From an uncultured Rhodopirellula sp. (GTDB lineage: Bacteria; Planctomycetota; Planctomycetia; Pirellulales; Pirellulaceae), in contig CAXGAI010000006.1 of NCBI GenBank assembly GCA_964007735.1, positions 1 through 64,000 of the forward strand: 64,000 nt of DNA, in the 5' to 3' direction. The position numbers and the translations under genes were made by a program. The notes beneath the pieces are model-generated. The model was not told where the DNA came from, did no database searches, and worked only from the letters and a program-made list of their open reading frames with translations. This document shows positions 39,185 to 51,913 of the stretch, piece after piece. Position 1 is the first letter of the stretch, and each line of letters starts with the position of its first letter.

Positions 39185-39455
39185 TGTTTTAATCGTTCCT
39201 GATTAGTTTCTTCGTTGGTAGAACTTTTATAATAATTGACTGGCTGGACGTCGCTAGACCTGCACTACATCAAAAATCAAGACCGTTATTTTAACGAGAT
39301 TACCTCGTAATGAAAAGGCAACTGGATTCCAAACTAGATTTATTCGTCAGGACGTTATCCTTGGCCACGGGCTTCGTTCTTCAGATGAGACTTGTTCTGA
39401 CGCCTAATAAGGTAAGCCAAATTGTATTGGGTGTATCTACCAGCTTTAGCGCAAT

Positions 39456-39494
39456 AAAAAAGCCCACTTGGCTGGCAAAAACCAAGTGGGCTTT
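39456..39494 (-). terminator. Terminator of the 16S rRNA transcript
   Basis: 13-bp stem aaagcccacttgg/ccaagtgggcttt with a U run, about 125 nt after the 16S 3' end. Confidence 0.8.
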
Positions 39495-39609
39495 GAGAAC
39501 TTTGATTTGATTTGGTAGTTGTATTCGTCTTACGACTTATACGCCTCGTGCTCATTTTTAGGAACACATCCACTATGTACCTATGTGTGTTACCACTCAT
39601 AGGTAGATA

Positions 39610-41142
<1,533 letters not shown>

Positions 41143-41379
41143 AAAGTATTGAGGCTGACTTCTAAAAGAAGCCAGTTATCCATCAAATAACTCAATCGGA
41201 GTTCGATTGGAGTCAAGGAGTTTTGAGTCACTATGGTCATAAGTGACTACCTTGCCAATTAAATAATCCTGAGTTCCTAAAAGTTGACTAAAAATATAGT
41301 TATTCCAAAGGAATAAGTACGAGGTCCACCAAATTTTCAAAGATCAATACTTAACTTTTTCCCTAGAAGGGAAAAGTCA

Positions 41380-41407
41380 AATATACAGTGTCTCTCCGTA
41401 CCGTCAA
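41380..41407 (-). promoter_or_regulatory. rRNA promoter
   Basis: TTGACG-16 nt-TATATT on the minus strand, followed by boxA-like GATCTTTGAAAA (about 41334-41345). Confidence 0.7.
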
Positions 41408-41793
41408 GCGGTCAGAGAACACTTTTCTTCGGTTTTTTTGAGAGTACGACTGACGTCGAACTCTCCCAGCAAAACCTTAACGATTCTACTGCTTGAACCC
41501 CCGAAGGGACTCCCGAAGAAGTGTTGAATTATAAGTGAGGCTTTCTCAGCGCATAGGGGGTAGAACCCAATAATGAAAAAAAATCGAGAATAGCTGCCAT
41601 AAGCCTTAAAACCAAGAACCACACCACCACTTTACCCCCGTGTCTAATTCCTTTTTCACACATTCGAGGGTATGCTAAGACTGGAACGGGTTAGCTCAAT
41701 GAGTACCAATTTATTGTGGCAATCATAGTCGATTGATACGGCACTCTCAGAGCATTGTCAGTATGGCGATAGAGATAAACAGGTAGAGGCAGT

Positions 41794-42213
41794 ATGATTT
41801 GTCGAGGAGTGCGTGGAGCGACGACGGTTGATAACAACGACCGTGAAGAAATACTTACCGCGACCCGGCAGTTACTCGCTCTCATGATCCGTCTCAACAA
41901 CATCCAGCCTGAAGATGTTGGCAGCGCTATCTTCAGCATGACACATGATCTCAATGCCGAATTCCCTGCTCTAGCTGCCCGGCAACTCGGCTGGCTCGAC
42001 GTTCCTTTGATTTGCACACATGAAGTCAACGTTCCAGGATCTCTGCCAAACTGCATCCGTATCCTGCTTCACTGGAACACTGACAACCCGCAGTCCGATG
42101 TGCAACACGTCTACATAAAGGGTGCCATTAAACTTCGGCCCGACCTGTCTGATCTGCCTCCCGTGGATTTCCAGGAACTCGAAGAATGGATCCAAAACGC
42201 TTTAAAACAATAA
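41794..42213 (+). CDS. aroH: Chorismate mutase, AroH type
   Basis: [25 protein letters not shown] and [14 protein letters not shown] motifs. Confidence 0.93.
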   Translation: MICRGVRGATTVDNNDREEILTATRQLLALMIRLNNIQPEDVGSAIFSMTHDLNAEFPALAARQLGWLDVPLICTHEVNVPGSLPNCIRILLHWNTDNPQSDVQHVYIKGAIKLRPDLSDLPPVDFQELEEWIQNALKQ

Positions 42214-42248
42214 CCGTGGCCGTTGAACTGTTCAGCCATCTCAATCAT

Positions 42249-45200
42249 ATGCTTAAAACAATTATCTCCATCCTGCTTGTTGCGATTTCAACTTTCACAG
42301 TCATGGCCGTTGTGCCACCCAGCGCGCCTGCGCCCGACGCACCAAACATTGCTCCCGCCTCCCCGGACGCTGAAACTCAAATCCGGTCCTTCCAGATTCC
42401 CAAGGATTTTTCAACGCACCTGTTTGCTGCGGAACCGATGATGGCCAACCCGGTCGCTTTCACCGTCGATAATCAGGGACGAGTCTGGGTTTGTGAGTCT
42501 TTTCGTCAAAACCGAGGAGTTACGGATAACCGGGAACACAACCAACAATGGCTCGAACGTGACATCTCCGCATTGTCCGTTCAGGATCGAATCGACTACC
42601 ACAAAGAGTTACTTGGCGCCAAGCTCTCGGAATATACCAAATACGATGATCAAATCCGCCTGCTTGAAGACAAAGACCAGGATGGTAAAGCTGATTACTC
42701 CACCGTCTATGCCAAACACTTCAATCAAATTGAAGACGGCACAGCGGCCGGCATTTTAGTCCGCGGAAACAGCGTCTATATGACATGTATTCCTCACCTT
42801 TGGCAACTCGAGGACACCGACCATGATAACCTTGCCGACAAACGAAAAGCCCTCCACTCGGGCTACGGTGTACGGGTAGCATTCCGAGGCCATGACTCGC
42901 ATGGGCTGATTATGGGCCCCGATGGACGACTCTACTTCTCCATCGGCGATCGCGGTTACAACATCGAATTTGAAGGCCAAAAGCACTTCGATCCAAGAAG
43001 TGGGGCTGTTTTCCGTTGCGAACCCGATGGAAGCGATTTGGAAGTGTTTGCCACGGGACTGCGGAACCCTCAGGAACTGGCATTTGACCAATACGGCAAT
43101 CTGTTTACCGGTGATAACAACTCCGATTCAGGAGACCGGGCTCGCTGGGTTCATGTCGTTCAGGATGGAGACACCGGCTGGCGAATGGAATACCAATACC
43201 TCTCTGACCGGGGCCCTTTCAACCGCGAAAAAATATGGCACCCCTACAACGAAGATACGCCGGCTTATATCGTGCCGCCGATTCGCAACTTTGCCGACGG
43301 TCCCTCCGGTCTGGTCTATTACCCCGGCACTGGAATGCCGAACCAATTCAATGATACCTTCCTTTTATGCGACTTCCGTGGCGGACCAAATAACAGTGGG
43401 GTTCGAAGCCTCAAAGTAGAACCGAACGGAGCGACCTTCAAAGTAGTAGAGAATGCGCAACCATTTTGGAAAATTCTGGCTACCGATATCGCATTTGCTC
43501 CTGCAGGAGGAATCTATCTGTCAGACTGGGTGAACGGCTGGAATGGGGAAGGCAAAGGCCGAATCTACCATTTCAAGCCCACAAGTGAAGAAGTGCTGAA
43601 AACTGCACAAGAAACCACTAAATTGCTCTCACAGGACTGGTCCAAACTGAAACCTGTAAATCTCGAAGCATTACTCAGCCATGCCGATTATCGTGTGCGA
43701 CTGGAGTCTCAACTCGAACTCGTCAACCGTAAATCCCATGTCGTCTTTACCAAAGTCCTCACAGAGTCTGACAATGTACTGGCGCAACTTCACAGCCTGT
43801 GGGGGATGGGGATTTTAGCTCGCCATGGCTTTTTTGAAACGGAAGTAAAAAAGGCTCTTCTTAATTTCCTTTCGGAGGATTACTCGATTGAACTGCGATC
43901 TCAAGTGCTCAATCTCCTTGGTGACCTGCAAGTTAAAAGTGCTGAAAAGACACTGCTTGAAGTTATTAAAGCCGACGATGCCCGATTGAAGTTCTTCGCC
44001 GCTAAAGCCCTTGGAAAAATTCAAAGTCAAAAAGCCTTCGGGGCCTTTGTTACTTTATTAGAAGAGAATCAAGACCAAGATCCGGTTCTACGTCATGCCG
44101 GAATCATGGGACTTGTAGGAACCGACAATGCCGAACAGATTGTTCAACTGAAACTACATGCGTCCCGTTCAGTCCGAGTAGCGGCTGTCGTGGCTTTGCG
44201 TCGACTGGAAGATCCATCGATTGCCCAATTCCTTGACGATACCGATGCACGCATTGTGCTCGAAGCGGCTCGTGCTATTCATGATCTACCGATAGTTGGA
44301 GCCCTCGAGGCTTTGGCCAATGCGGAATCCCAGATCACGTCTCACCCGGAAACCGGCCGTCGTATTCTTAACGCCAACTTCCGTTTGGGAACCGCCGAAC
44401 GAGCTGATCTTGTAGCTCGTATTGCCGGTGATTCACAAGTCCACGACTCACTTCGCACTATCGCCATCGAGATGCTGGCAAACTGGACTGAGCCATCCGC
44501 GCGAGATCATGTGCTTGGATTCTGGCGTCCGCTAGAAAAGCGTGATCGAAACATCGCTCGCGTAGCGATGATTAATCATCTAGGGGGAATCCTATCAGGC
44601 AGCGACTTGGTACGTTCAGCCGGCATTAAAACAGCTGCCAGTTTAGGGATAGAAGAAGCTGGCCCGATCCTGATGGAAGTACTAATCAATATGGAAGCCG
44701 AGGGACAATCCCGAGCCGTTGCACTTTCGGCTTTAGGCGCGATAAAACACCCTGATTTTAAAGAAACCGTAGCCAGACACCTCGAGGATGAAATCGCTGA
44801 AGTTCGAATTCAGGCCCGCCATGAATTAATCTCCATCGACGCTACCAAGGCAGTGAGCATTCTCGAGGCCGCTATTGAGTCAAAAAACCTCATCGAACGT
44901 CAGGCTGCCTTCCGCGACCTGGCTTTGCTAGATTCGGATGCCGCTGCAAACGTTCTATTAGCAGGCGTAGAACGTTTGAAAAGTAACCAATTACCCGCGG
45001 ACACAAGAGTTGATGTTCGGGTAGCCGCCCGACATTCTCAATCTGAAGCTGTGAAAAATGCCCTCGCTGATTATGAAGCGTCATTGGATGCCAACGATGT
45101 CACCGCTCAATTCCTTGATAGTTTGGAAGGTGGAAATGCTGAGCGAGGCAAGAAGATCTTCTACGAACGAACTCAGGTTTCCTGTGTACGCTGTCACAAA

Positions 45201-45551
45201 TTTAATGGTCGCGGCGGAGATGTAGGACCGGTTCTAGATAAACTTGGCCAGGAAAAGAGTCGTAAGTATTTGCTGGAGGCGATCGTAGAGCCAAATGCGG
45301 CTATTGCGAAGAACTTTGAAAGCCTAACGATTGTAGATCTCGATGGCATTATCACGACCGGAGTGGTTAAATCTAACAATGATGAATCTATCGAACTGTT
45401 AACAGCCGAAGGGAAGCGAGTGGAAATTGCGAAAGATAATATCGACTTTCAAAAACAGTCTAAATCGCCGATGCCTGAGGACCTTGTAAAGCATCTGTCA
45501 CTTGACGATGTTCGAGATCTGGTCGAATTCCTGAAACTTGGCGTCGAATAA
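42249..45551 (+). CDS. PVC-type membrane-associated dehydrogenase-like propeller / HEAT repeat / cytochrome c protein
   Basis: LFAAEPMMANP, GPDGRLY and GLRNP propeller; HEAT-like repeats; CVRCH, VGPVL and SPMP haem domain; start placed at MLKTI. Confidence 0.87.
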   Translation: MLKTIISILLVAISTFTVMAVVPPSAPAPDAPNIAPASPDAETQIRSFQIPKDFSTHLFAAEPMMANPVAFTVDNQGRVWVCESFRQNRGVTDNREHNQQWLERDISALSVQDRIDYHKELLGAKLSEYTKYDDQIRLLEDKDQDGKADYSTVYAKHFNQIEDGTAAGILVRGNSVYMTCIPHLWQLEDTDHDNLADKRKALHSGYGVRVAFRGHDSHGLIMGPDGRLYFSIGDRGYNIEFEGQKHFDPRSGAVFRCEPDGSDLEVFATGLRNPQELAFDQYGNLFTGDNNSDSGDRARWVHVVQDGDTGWRMEYQYLSDRGPFNREKIWHPYNEDTPAYIVPPIRNFADGPSGLVYYPGTGMPNQFNDTFLLCDFRGGPNNSGVRSLKVEPNGATFKVVENAQPFWKILATDIAFAPAGGIYLSDWVNGWNGEGKGRIYHFKPTSEEVLKTAQETTKLLSQDWSKLKPVNLEALLSHADYRVRLESQLELVNRKSHVVFTKVLTESDNVLAQLHSLWGMGILARHGFFETEVKKALLNFLSEDYSIELRSQVLNLLGDLQVKSAEKTLLEVIKADDARLKFFAAKALGKIQSQKAFGAFVTLLEENQDQDPVLRHAGIMGLVGTDNAEQIVQLKLHASRSVRVAAVVALRRLEDPSIAQFLDDTDARIVLEAARAIHDLPIVGALEALANAESQITSHPETGRRILNANFRLGTAERADLVARIAGDSQVHDSLRTIAIEMLANWTEPSARDHVLGFWRPLEKRDRNIARVAMINHLGGILSGSDLVRSAGIKTAASLGIEEAGPILMEVLINMEAEGQSRAVALSALGAIKHPDFKETVARHLEDEIAEVRIQARHELISIDATKAVSILEAAIESKNLIERQAAFRDLALLDSDAAANVLLAGVERLKSNQLPADTRVDVRVAARHSQSEAVKNALADYEASLDANDVTAQFLDSLEGGNAERGKKIFYERTQVSCVRCHKFNGRGGDVGPVLDKLGQEKSRKYLLEAIVEPNAAIAKNFESLTIVDLDGIITTGVVKSNNDESIELLTAEGKRVEIAKDNIDFQKQSKSPMPEDLVKHLSLDDVRDLVEFLKLGVE

Positions 45552-45706
45552 GCTACATCTGCTCTGAAGGCCTGAAAAGTTTCAAAGCATGACTAAATGA
45601 AGGCTTGTTCCTAGAATTCTCGATGTGCGGGACCGGCTATTTTATTAGAATAAATGAAGTAAATTAGCCTTTTTCACGGTGTTTCTAAATCTAGTTACCT
45701 ATCCTA

Positions 45707-48208
45707 ATGCCTAGCATGAGTTCCCTTCCACGACTGACAGCTTCTTTCCTACTTCTGGCAGTAGTCTCTGCGCAGGGAGTATTAGCCGATAATGATGACA
45801 AAGCTGGCCAGGTATTCTTCGAGAAAAAGATCCGACCCGTACTGGCGCGCTACTGCTACGAATGTCATGGAAAAGAAAAGCAGGAAAGCGATCTTCGCCT
45901 GGACAACTACAAAGACCTGCTGCGTGGTGGTGGGACTGGCCCAGCCGTTGTTCCTAACAATCTGGACGAAAGTTTGATTATTCATGTACTGAAATATGAA
46001 GACGAAGAGCTTCAAATGCCACCCGAGCAAAAGCTGAGTGATGAAATCATCGATGATTTTGTAAAGTGGATCGAAATGGGAGCTCCTCATCCCGATGCAT
46101 CCGAAACAATGATCGAACCAAGAAAATCTGGCGTGGACTGGGAAACGGAACGAGAATTCTGGTCTTTCCAATCTATCAAGGACCCGTCGGTCCCAGCCAC
46201 CAAAGACACCCGCTGGCCAACACAAACGCTCGACAGTTTTATTCTTGCAGGGCTGGAGCAGCGGGGACTCACACCCGCTCCACAAGCAAGCAAAACAATC
46301 CTTATCCGCCGAGTGACATTTGCCCTAACAGGGCTACCACCTAAGCCCGAAGAAGTGGACGCATTTTTAGCCGATAAATCTGCCGACGCATATAAAAAAC
46401 TGATTAACCGCCTTTTAGATAGCTCAGCCTATGGTGAACGTTGGGGACGGTTTTGGCTCGATGTGGTTCGTTACGCAGACTCCAATGGTCTGGATGAAAA
46501 CATCGCTCATGGAAATGCCTGGCGTTATCGCGACTATGTCATCAAGGCCTTTAACGATGACATGCCTTTCGATCAGTTCATTACCGAACAACTCGCTGGC
46601 GACCTCATGGAAAGCTCTGATGACATTGCAGTCACCAATCGTCGACTGGTGGGCACAGGCTTTCTCGTACTCGGTCCCAAGGTATTAGCCGAAGGCGATG
46701 AAGAAAAACTGGCCATGGACATCATCGATGAACAGATTGATACGATTGGCAGAACATTCATGGGAATGACGATCGGATGTGCTCGATGCCACGACCATAA
46801 ATTCGATCCTATCTCTACGGAAGATTATTATGCTCTGGCAAGCATTCTCAAAAGCACCCGCACCATGGAGTCCTACAAACGGATTGCCAAGTGGAATGAA
46901 AACGAGGTGTTCACCCCGGAAGCCAAAGCTAACTATGAAGAAGTTACCGTTCAGATCGGTCAAATTCAGGAGCAAGTTGAAGCTGCGACCAACCAAGCCA
47001 ATCAAGAGCTACTAGCGAGACTCAACGTAGAAACCTTACCGGAAAAGCCTGCCGAGCAATATAGTGCCGAGCACCAAAAAGCCATCGAAGAGCTCAATCA
47101 GCAAATAGAGAAGCTCCGGGTAGCGCGTGGTGAAATCCCGACGGCCATGGGCGTGAAAGAGGCAGAACCGATTGATCTCAAAGTGCATATTCGCGGATCT
47201 CATTTGGCTTTAGGAAAACAAGTCTCGCGCCGTATGCCACAAATCTTCACGCATTCCACTGAATTTCCAATCCCTGCTGCTCAGAGTGGTCGACTGCAGT
47301 TAGCAAACTGGCTCACGAATGAATCGCATCCGCTCACGGCTCGAGTTTTAGCTAATCGGCTTTGGCGATGGCATTTTGGAAACGGATTACAGGGCTCGAC
47401 CGATAACTTCGGCAATCTGGGAGATGTACCCATAAATCCTGAACTATTAGACCACGCCGCACAGCAACTGCTCAAAAACAACTGGTCTATTAAGGACTGG
47501 CACCGCTGGGTGATGAATTCGTCCACCTATAAAATGAGCAGTCATTATGATGCCGGAGGCAGCCAGCAAGATCCTGAGAATACATCTCTTTGGCGTTTCC
47601 CCGTAAGACGACTTGAAGCTGAGAGTATTCGAGACTCAGTTCTGGCTGTCAGTGGTATGCTAGATCGCGAGATGGGTGGCAGCATGTTACACGTAAAGAA
47701 TCGTGAATTTCTTTTTGACCACACTAGTAAAGATAATACGGATTACAGTTCGCTGCGTCGAAGCGTCTACCTCCCGGTCATTCGCAACAATCTTTATGAC
47801 TTCTTCCAACTTTTCGACTTCAATGATGCCTCCGTTATCAATGGAAATCGAGCAACCACGACGGTAGCGCCTCAGGCCCTTTTCATGATGAACAGTCCGC
47901 TTGTGGAAGAAGCGAGTTGCCGGTTGGCTCATCATCTCCAGACTGTCCCTGAAAAACAACAAATCACTCAGCTTTACAGAATGGCACTCGGGCGTTTACC
48001 AAGTAAGGGGGAGCTTTCCACAGCACGAAGATACCTCAAGCAATTTCTCTTAACGCCGGTCATCTCTGTTTCGTTGAAAACTGACGCTGCTGAAGAAGAT
48101 GCGGTAAATGAGGATGAAATGAAAAAGCCGATGACACCTGAGTTTCAAGCTCTCAAGCTTCTATGCCACAGCATCCTGGCGAGTAACGAGTTTATCTATA
48201 TTAAATAA
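45707..48208 (+). CDS. Planctomycete cytochrome c / DUF1549 / DUF1553 protein
   Basis: Signal peptide; CYECH, CARCHDHKFDP, GERWGRFWLD, TARVLANRLW and NEFIYI motifs. Confidence 0.9.
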   Translation: MPSMSSLPRLTASFLLLAVVSAQGVLADNDDKAGQVFFEKKIRPVLARYCYECHGKEKQESDLRLDNYKDLLRGGGTGPAVVPNNLDESLIIHVLKYEDEELQMPPEQKLSDEIIDDFVKWIEMGAPHPDASETMIEPRKSGVDWETEREFWSFQSIKDPSVPATKDTRWPTQTLDSFILAGLEQRGLTPAPQASKTILIRRVTFALTGLPPKPEEVDAFLADKSADAYKKLINRLLDSSAYGERWGRFWLDVVRYADSNGLDENIAHGNAWRYRDYVIKAFNDDMPFDQFITEQLAGDLMESSDDIAVTNRRLVGTGFLVLGPKVLAEGDEEKLAMDIIDEQIDTIGRTFMGMTIGCARCHDHKFDPISTEDYYALASILKSTRTMESYKRIAKWNENEVFTPEAKANYEEVTVQIGQIQEQVEAATNQANQELLARLNVETLPEKPAEQYSAEHQKAIEELNQQIEKLRVARGEIPTAMGVKEAEPIDLKVHIRGSHLALGKQVSRRMPQIFTHSTEFPIPAAQSGRLQLANWLTNESHPLTARVLANRLWRWHFGNGLQGSTDNFGNLGDVPINPELLDHAAQQLLKNNWSIKDWHRWVMNSSTYKMSSHYDAGGSQQDPENTSLWRFPVRRLEAESIRDSVLAVSGMLDREMGGSMLHVKNREFLFDHTSKDNTDYSSLRRSVYLPVIRNNLYDFFQLFDFNDASVINGNRATTTVAPQALFMMNSPLVEEASCRLAHHLQTVPEKQQITQLYRMALGRLPSKGELSTARRYLKQFLLTPVISVSLKTDAAEEDAVNEDEMKKPMTPEFQALKLLCHSILASNEFIYIK

Positions 48209-48217
48209 GTACTAAGC

Positions 48218-49693
48218 ATGACCAGTTCAAAACACCATCGCAATCGCTGCTACTCCGGCCCCAACCATTGCGCTGATCGACAGGATTTATCAAGACGTTC
48301 TTTTTTCAAGTCTTCAACATTAAAAACAACCGCACTCGGATTTGGGCATCTGGCTTTAAGCTCATTGATTCATGAAAGTGCCAAAGGAGTTGCACTCAAT
48401 CCATTGGCACAAAAACGTACCCATGGGCCGGCCAGAGCCAAGCGAGTCATTTTCTTATTTATGAAAGGTGGGCCATCAGGAGTTGATACATTTGATTACA
48501 AACCTCAACTCCAAAAAGATGATGGTAAAGAGTTGCCGTTTGATAAACCACGGGTGCAGTTTGGTGAAACGGGAAAGCTGATGAAGTCTCCGTGGAAGTT
48601 CCGCCCCTACGGAGAGAACGGTATCATGGTCAGTGAGCTGTTTCCCCATGTAGCCAAGCGTATCGATGACCTGTGCCTTCTCAACAGTGTCCATGGTACG
48701 AATGCAGCGCACGGCGGAGCATCCCTCAAATTACACACTGGCAGCGACAACTTTGTACGCCCAAGTATGGGCTCCTGGGTAACCTACGGACTCGGAACAG
48801 AAAACCAAAACCTGCCTGCTTTCGTCACCATCTGCCCCACCTTGGCGCATGGTGGTTTGAAGAACTGGAGTTCTGCCTTTCTGCCGGCTGACTATCAAGG
48901 CACCCCTCTTGGGGTGGCCAGCCAACCCTCGACCAACGCCAAGGTTAAATACACGCAAAATAGAAGAGTTTCACGTAAACAACAGCGTATTCAGTTGGAT
49001 TTGCTACGGCAAATGAACGAGCAACATCTAGAGGGGTTGGGGCCCAATCAGGAATTAGAAGGACGTATCAACAGTTTTGAACTGGCATTTCGTATGCAAA
49101 ATCAGGTTCCAGAGGTATTAGATATCTCCGGCGAGACAGAAGAAACTCATCGACTATATGGTCTGGACGGTGAGATGACTAAGGACTTCGGGCGACAATG
49201 TCTACTGGCCCGTCGCTTTGCCGAGCGAGGAGTCAGGTTTATACAAATCACACATAGTGACAGTTTTGTCCAGTGGGATCAGCACGGTGATTTAGTCAAA
49301 GGGCACACGAAGAACGCTCTGGAAGTAGATCAACCGATTGCAGCTTTGCTTACCGATCTGAAACGCCGAGGATTGCTTGAAGACACGCTTGTCCTGTGGG
49401 GAGGCGAATTTGGGAGGACACCTGTCATGCAGGGCTCTAATGGTCGTGATCACAATCCGGAAGGCTTTACAATGTGGATGGCCGGCGGAGGAGTCAAAGG
49501 CGGTTATCAATACGGGGCCACTGACGAGTACGGATACTACGCTCAGGAAAATAAGATGCACGTTAACGACCTGCATGCAACGCTGCTCCATGCTGTTGGG
49601 CTTGACCACAGTCAACTGACTTATCGCTATGCCGGCCGTGACTTCCGCCTGACGGATGTTAGTGGAAATGTTGCCACTGATATTTTTGCGTAA
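48218..49693 (+). CDS. DUF1501 domain protein, Tat-exported
   Basis: SRRSFFK signal; [30 protein letters not shown] and RLTDVSG motifs. Confidence 0.9.
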   Translation: MTSSKHHRNRCYSGPNHCADRQDLSRRSFFKSSTLKTTALGFGHLALSSLIHESAKGVALNPLAQKRTHGPARAKRVIFLFMKGGPSGVDTFDYKPQLQKDDGKELPFDKPRVQFGETGKLMKSPWKFRPYGENGIMVSELFPHVAKRIDDLCLLNSVHGTNAAHGGASLKLHTGSDNFVRPSMGSWVTYGLGTENQNLPAFVTICPTLAHGGLKNWSSAFLPADYQGTPLGVASQPSTNAKVKYTQNRRVSRKQQRIQLDLLRQMNEQHLEGLGPNQELEGRINSFELAFRMQNQVPEVLDISGETEETHRLYGLDGEMTKDFGRQCLLARRFAERGVRFIQITHSDSFVQWDQHGDLVKGHTKNALEVDQPIAALLTDLKRRGLLEDTLVLWGGEFGRTPVMQGSNGRDHNPEGFTMWMAGGGVKGGYQYGATDEYGYYAQENKMHVNDLHATLLHAVGLDHSQLTYRYAGRDFRLTDVSGNVATDIFA

Positions 49694-49756
49694 TTTCAAA
49701 CCAACTCTGACGCTCCAGAGTTTCACTAGGCTTACCGACAACAAAGAAAGCATGCC

Positions 49757-51040
49757 TTGATGTCTGCAACTTTTAATACGGAACGACTACAACGACTCTC
49801 CACCACAGCCCAACTGGAAATCGACCAACAGCGAATCGCTGGATGTGCCGTTGGCGTTGGTAACGAAAATGGTCTGCAGTTGGAAAGCTACCAAGGTCTG
49901 GCAAATGCTGAAGACTCCATTCCGGTTTCTGCTGATACGCTGTTTCGTATCGCCTCCATGACCAAACCAATTACCAGCGTGGCGATTATGATGCTTTATG
50001 AACGTGGGAAGTTCCTACTGGATGATGCTGTCGAGAGATATATGCCGGAGTTCTCTAATATGCAGGTCTTCAGTGGACAACGTGATGAACAAGGTAATGC
50101 CTTAACGCGTCCGGCCAAATCATCGATCACCATTCGCCAACTGCTTTCTCATAGCTCTGGAATTGGTTACAGTTTCAGTCATCCAAAACTTGCTGGCTAT
50201 TACAACGAATCCAATATTCGCGATTGGGGCTACAGTGACAGTACAACAATTAAAGATGTTGTACTGAGAATAGCGGAGCAACCACTGGCATTCGATCCTG
50301 GTACCCGCTGGCTCTATGGGTTGAACACAGATGTACTTGGACGCCTGGTGGAAATCCTCTCAGGTAGGAGCTTTGCTGATTTTCTGCAGGCTGAAGTATT
50401 CGAGCCGCTAGCGATGAACAATACGACGTTTTATCCTGATACCCAACAGGCAGCACGATTGTCTCGAGTTTACACGCCGGATGTTACCACCGATCGTTAT
50501 GACGATATCAGCTTTTGGGCCGCTAAACAGGAATTCAATATCCCGGAAGGTGCCGGACTAAGGAGATTAAGCAAAACTGAGTTGGAATGTCTTGTTAACG
50601 TTGACTTTGATGTTGTACATTCTCCGGAACGCGGGGAGCAAACATATTATTCCGGCGGAGCAGGCTTACATTCGACGCTCCGGGACTACAGTAATTTCTG
50701 CCAGATGATGGTGTCTGGTGGTAAATATCAGGGATCCACCATCCTCAGTGGCACAAGCATCGACCTTATGCGTTCAAACAATATCGGTGATTTGAATATC
50801 ACGCTCGGAGGGAGCCCCAGCGATAAGTTCGGCTTGGGCTTTGGTATTATTCAGGATACGGGTGCTCAGCCGTTTTTGAGTGCTGCCGGAAATTACTACT
50901 GGGGCGGGGCTTATAACACGCGGTTCTTTCTGGATCCGGTCCATCGACTTTATACTATTTCGCTGACCCAGCTATATCCAAATTTTCACTGTGATATAAA
51001 CAACCGATTAATGGGCCTAACGTATCAGGCCTTAGAATAG
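49757..51040 (+). CDS. Serine hydrolase (beta-lactamase class C / EstB-like)
   Basis: FRIASMTK (SxxK), LLSHSSG, WLYG, SGGAGL and YWGG; no signal peptide. Confidence 0.88.
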   Translation: MMSATFNTERLQRLSTTAQLEIDQQRIAGCAVGVGNENGLQLESYQGLANAEDSIPVSADTLFRIASMTKPITSVAIMMLYERGKFLLDDAVERYMPEFSNMQVFSGQRDEQGNALTRPAKSSITIRQLLSHSSGIGYSFSHPKLAGYYNESNIRDWGYSDSTTIKDVVLRIAEQPLAFDPGTRWLYGLNTDVLGRLVEILSGRSFADFLQAEVFEPLAMNNTTFYPDTQQAARLSRVYTPDVTTDRYDDISFWAAKQEFNIPEGAGLRRLSKTELECLVNVDFDVVHSPERGEQTYYSGGAGLHSTLRDYSNFCQMMVSGGKYQGSTILSGTSIDLMRSNNIGDLNITLGGSPSDKFGLGFGIIQDTGAQPFLSAAGNYYWGGAYNTRFFLDPVHRLYTISLTQLYPNFHCDINNRLMGLTYQALE

Positions 51041-51121
51041 CCTCCCCCATAGCTTGTGCTTGACGAGCAGGCACGGTGAGATATTCTTACTCTTATTATA
51101 TGACGTCGAATTTTTGACGAC

Positions 51122-51194
<73 letters not shown>

Positions 51195-51318
51195 CTTTTT
51201 TTGTTTGTTCAAGAGCGCAACAAAAAACAGAGCCATCCCAAACGGGGAAACCTCTGCCGTTGTTTATAACCAGGGGGACACTTGTTCTATCAATGCCCGC
51301 TGTCTGCTAGAACCTGTC

Positions 51319-51447
51319 TTAGCTCTTGGTTTTCTGTCGTCCCTGAATCACCTTCTGCTCTTCACGACGTAAGCCATAGAACATCGTACCTGCCACGGCT
51401 AGTTCGATTACCCAAGCTGTGAGTCCTGCCATTAGTGGATCCATCAT
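51319..51447 (-). CDS. Putative 42-aa single-TM small protein
   Basis: MMDPLMAGLTAWVIELAVAGTMFYGLRREEQK...; AGGTGAT directly upstream; hydrophobic helix plus basic tail. Confidence 0.5.
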   Translation of the reverse strand: MMDPLMAGLTAWVIELAVAGTMFYGLRREEQKVIQGRQKTKS

Positions 51448-51913
51448 ATCACCTGTCTTTTTGAGTTGTTCTTCAACTACTAATTTGGTTGGTTCAGTTA
51501 CGGCTCTCAATTAGTTGTTACATATTTATCTGATATTACAAGCGATTTCTATACCGGAATCCCGTATTTAATACCCTACCAACAACATTAGTGGGGTTAT
51601 TTAACACTTTAATTGCCATGGATTAACACTCTATAAAGACAAATCTGCCTCCCTAATAAGCTAACTAGTGACATTAAGGGAAAAATCCGTACCTTAGATT
51701 GCATTTCTTTCATTGCCTGTACTGCGAAATACAGCAACTTAAAAAAATGCAAATTTTTATTCGTTATGGGAATGGCGGTACAATCGATCGAATCGCTTCA
51801 TCTACACCTAGGCACAACCCCTTCACCAGCAAGCTAGCAAACTAAAGCCGATTTTTCAGATAAGGCCTGACCGGCCAAACACATAACGACAGCTTCTTCC
51901 AAGCTCTAGCTTT

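Noticed and set aside
39310..39600. Short ORFs or an ITS tRNA downstream of the 16S gene
   Set aside because: No cloverleaf is visible, and the ORFs span the terminator and processing stem
49757..51040. Antibiotic-resistance beta-lactamase
   Set aside because: No signal peptide, and WGG in place of KTG points to an esterase-type serine hydrolase
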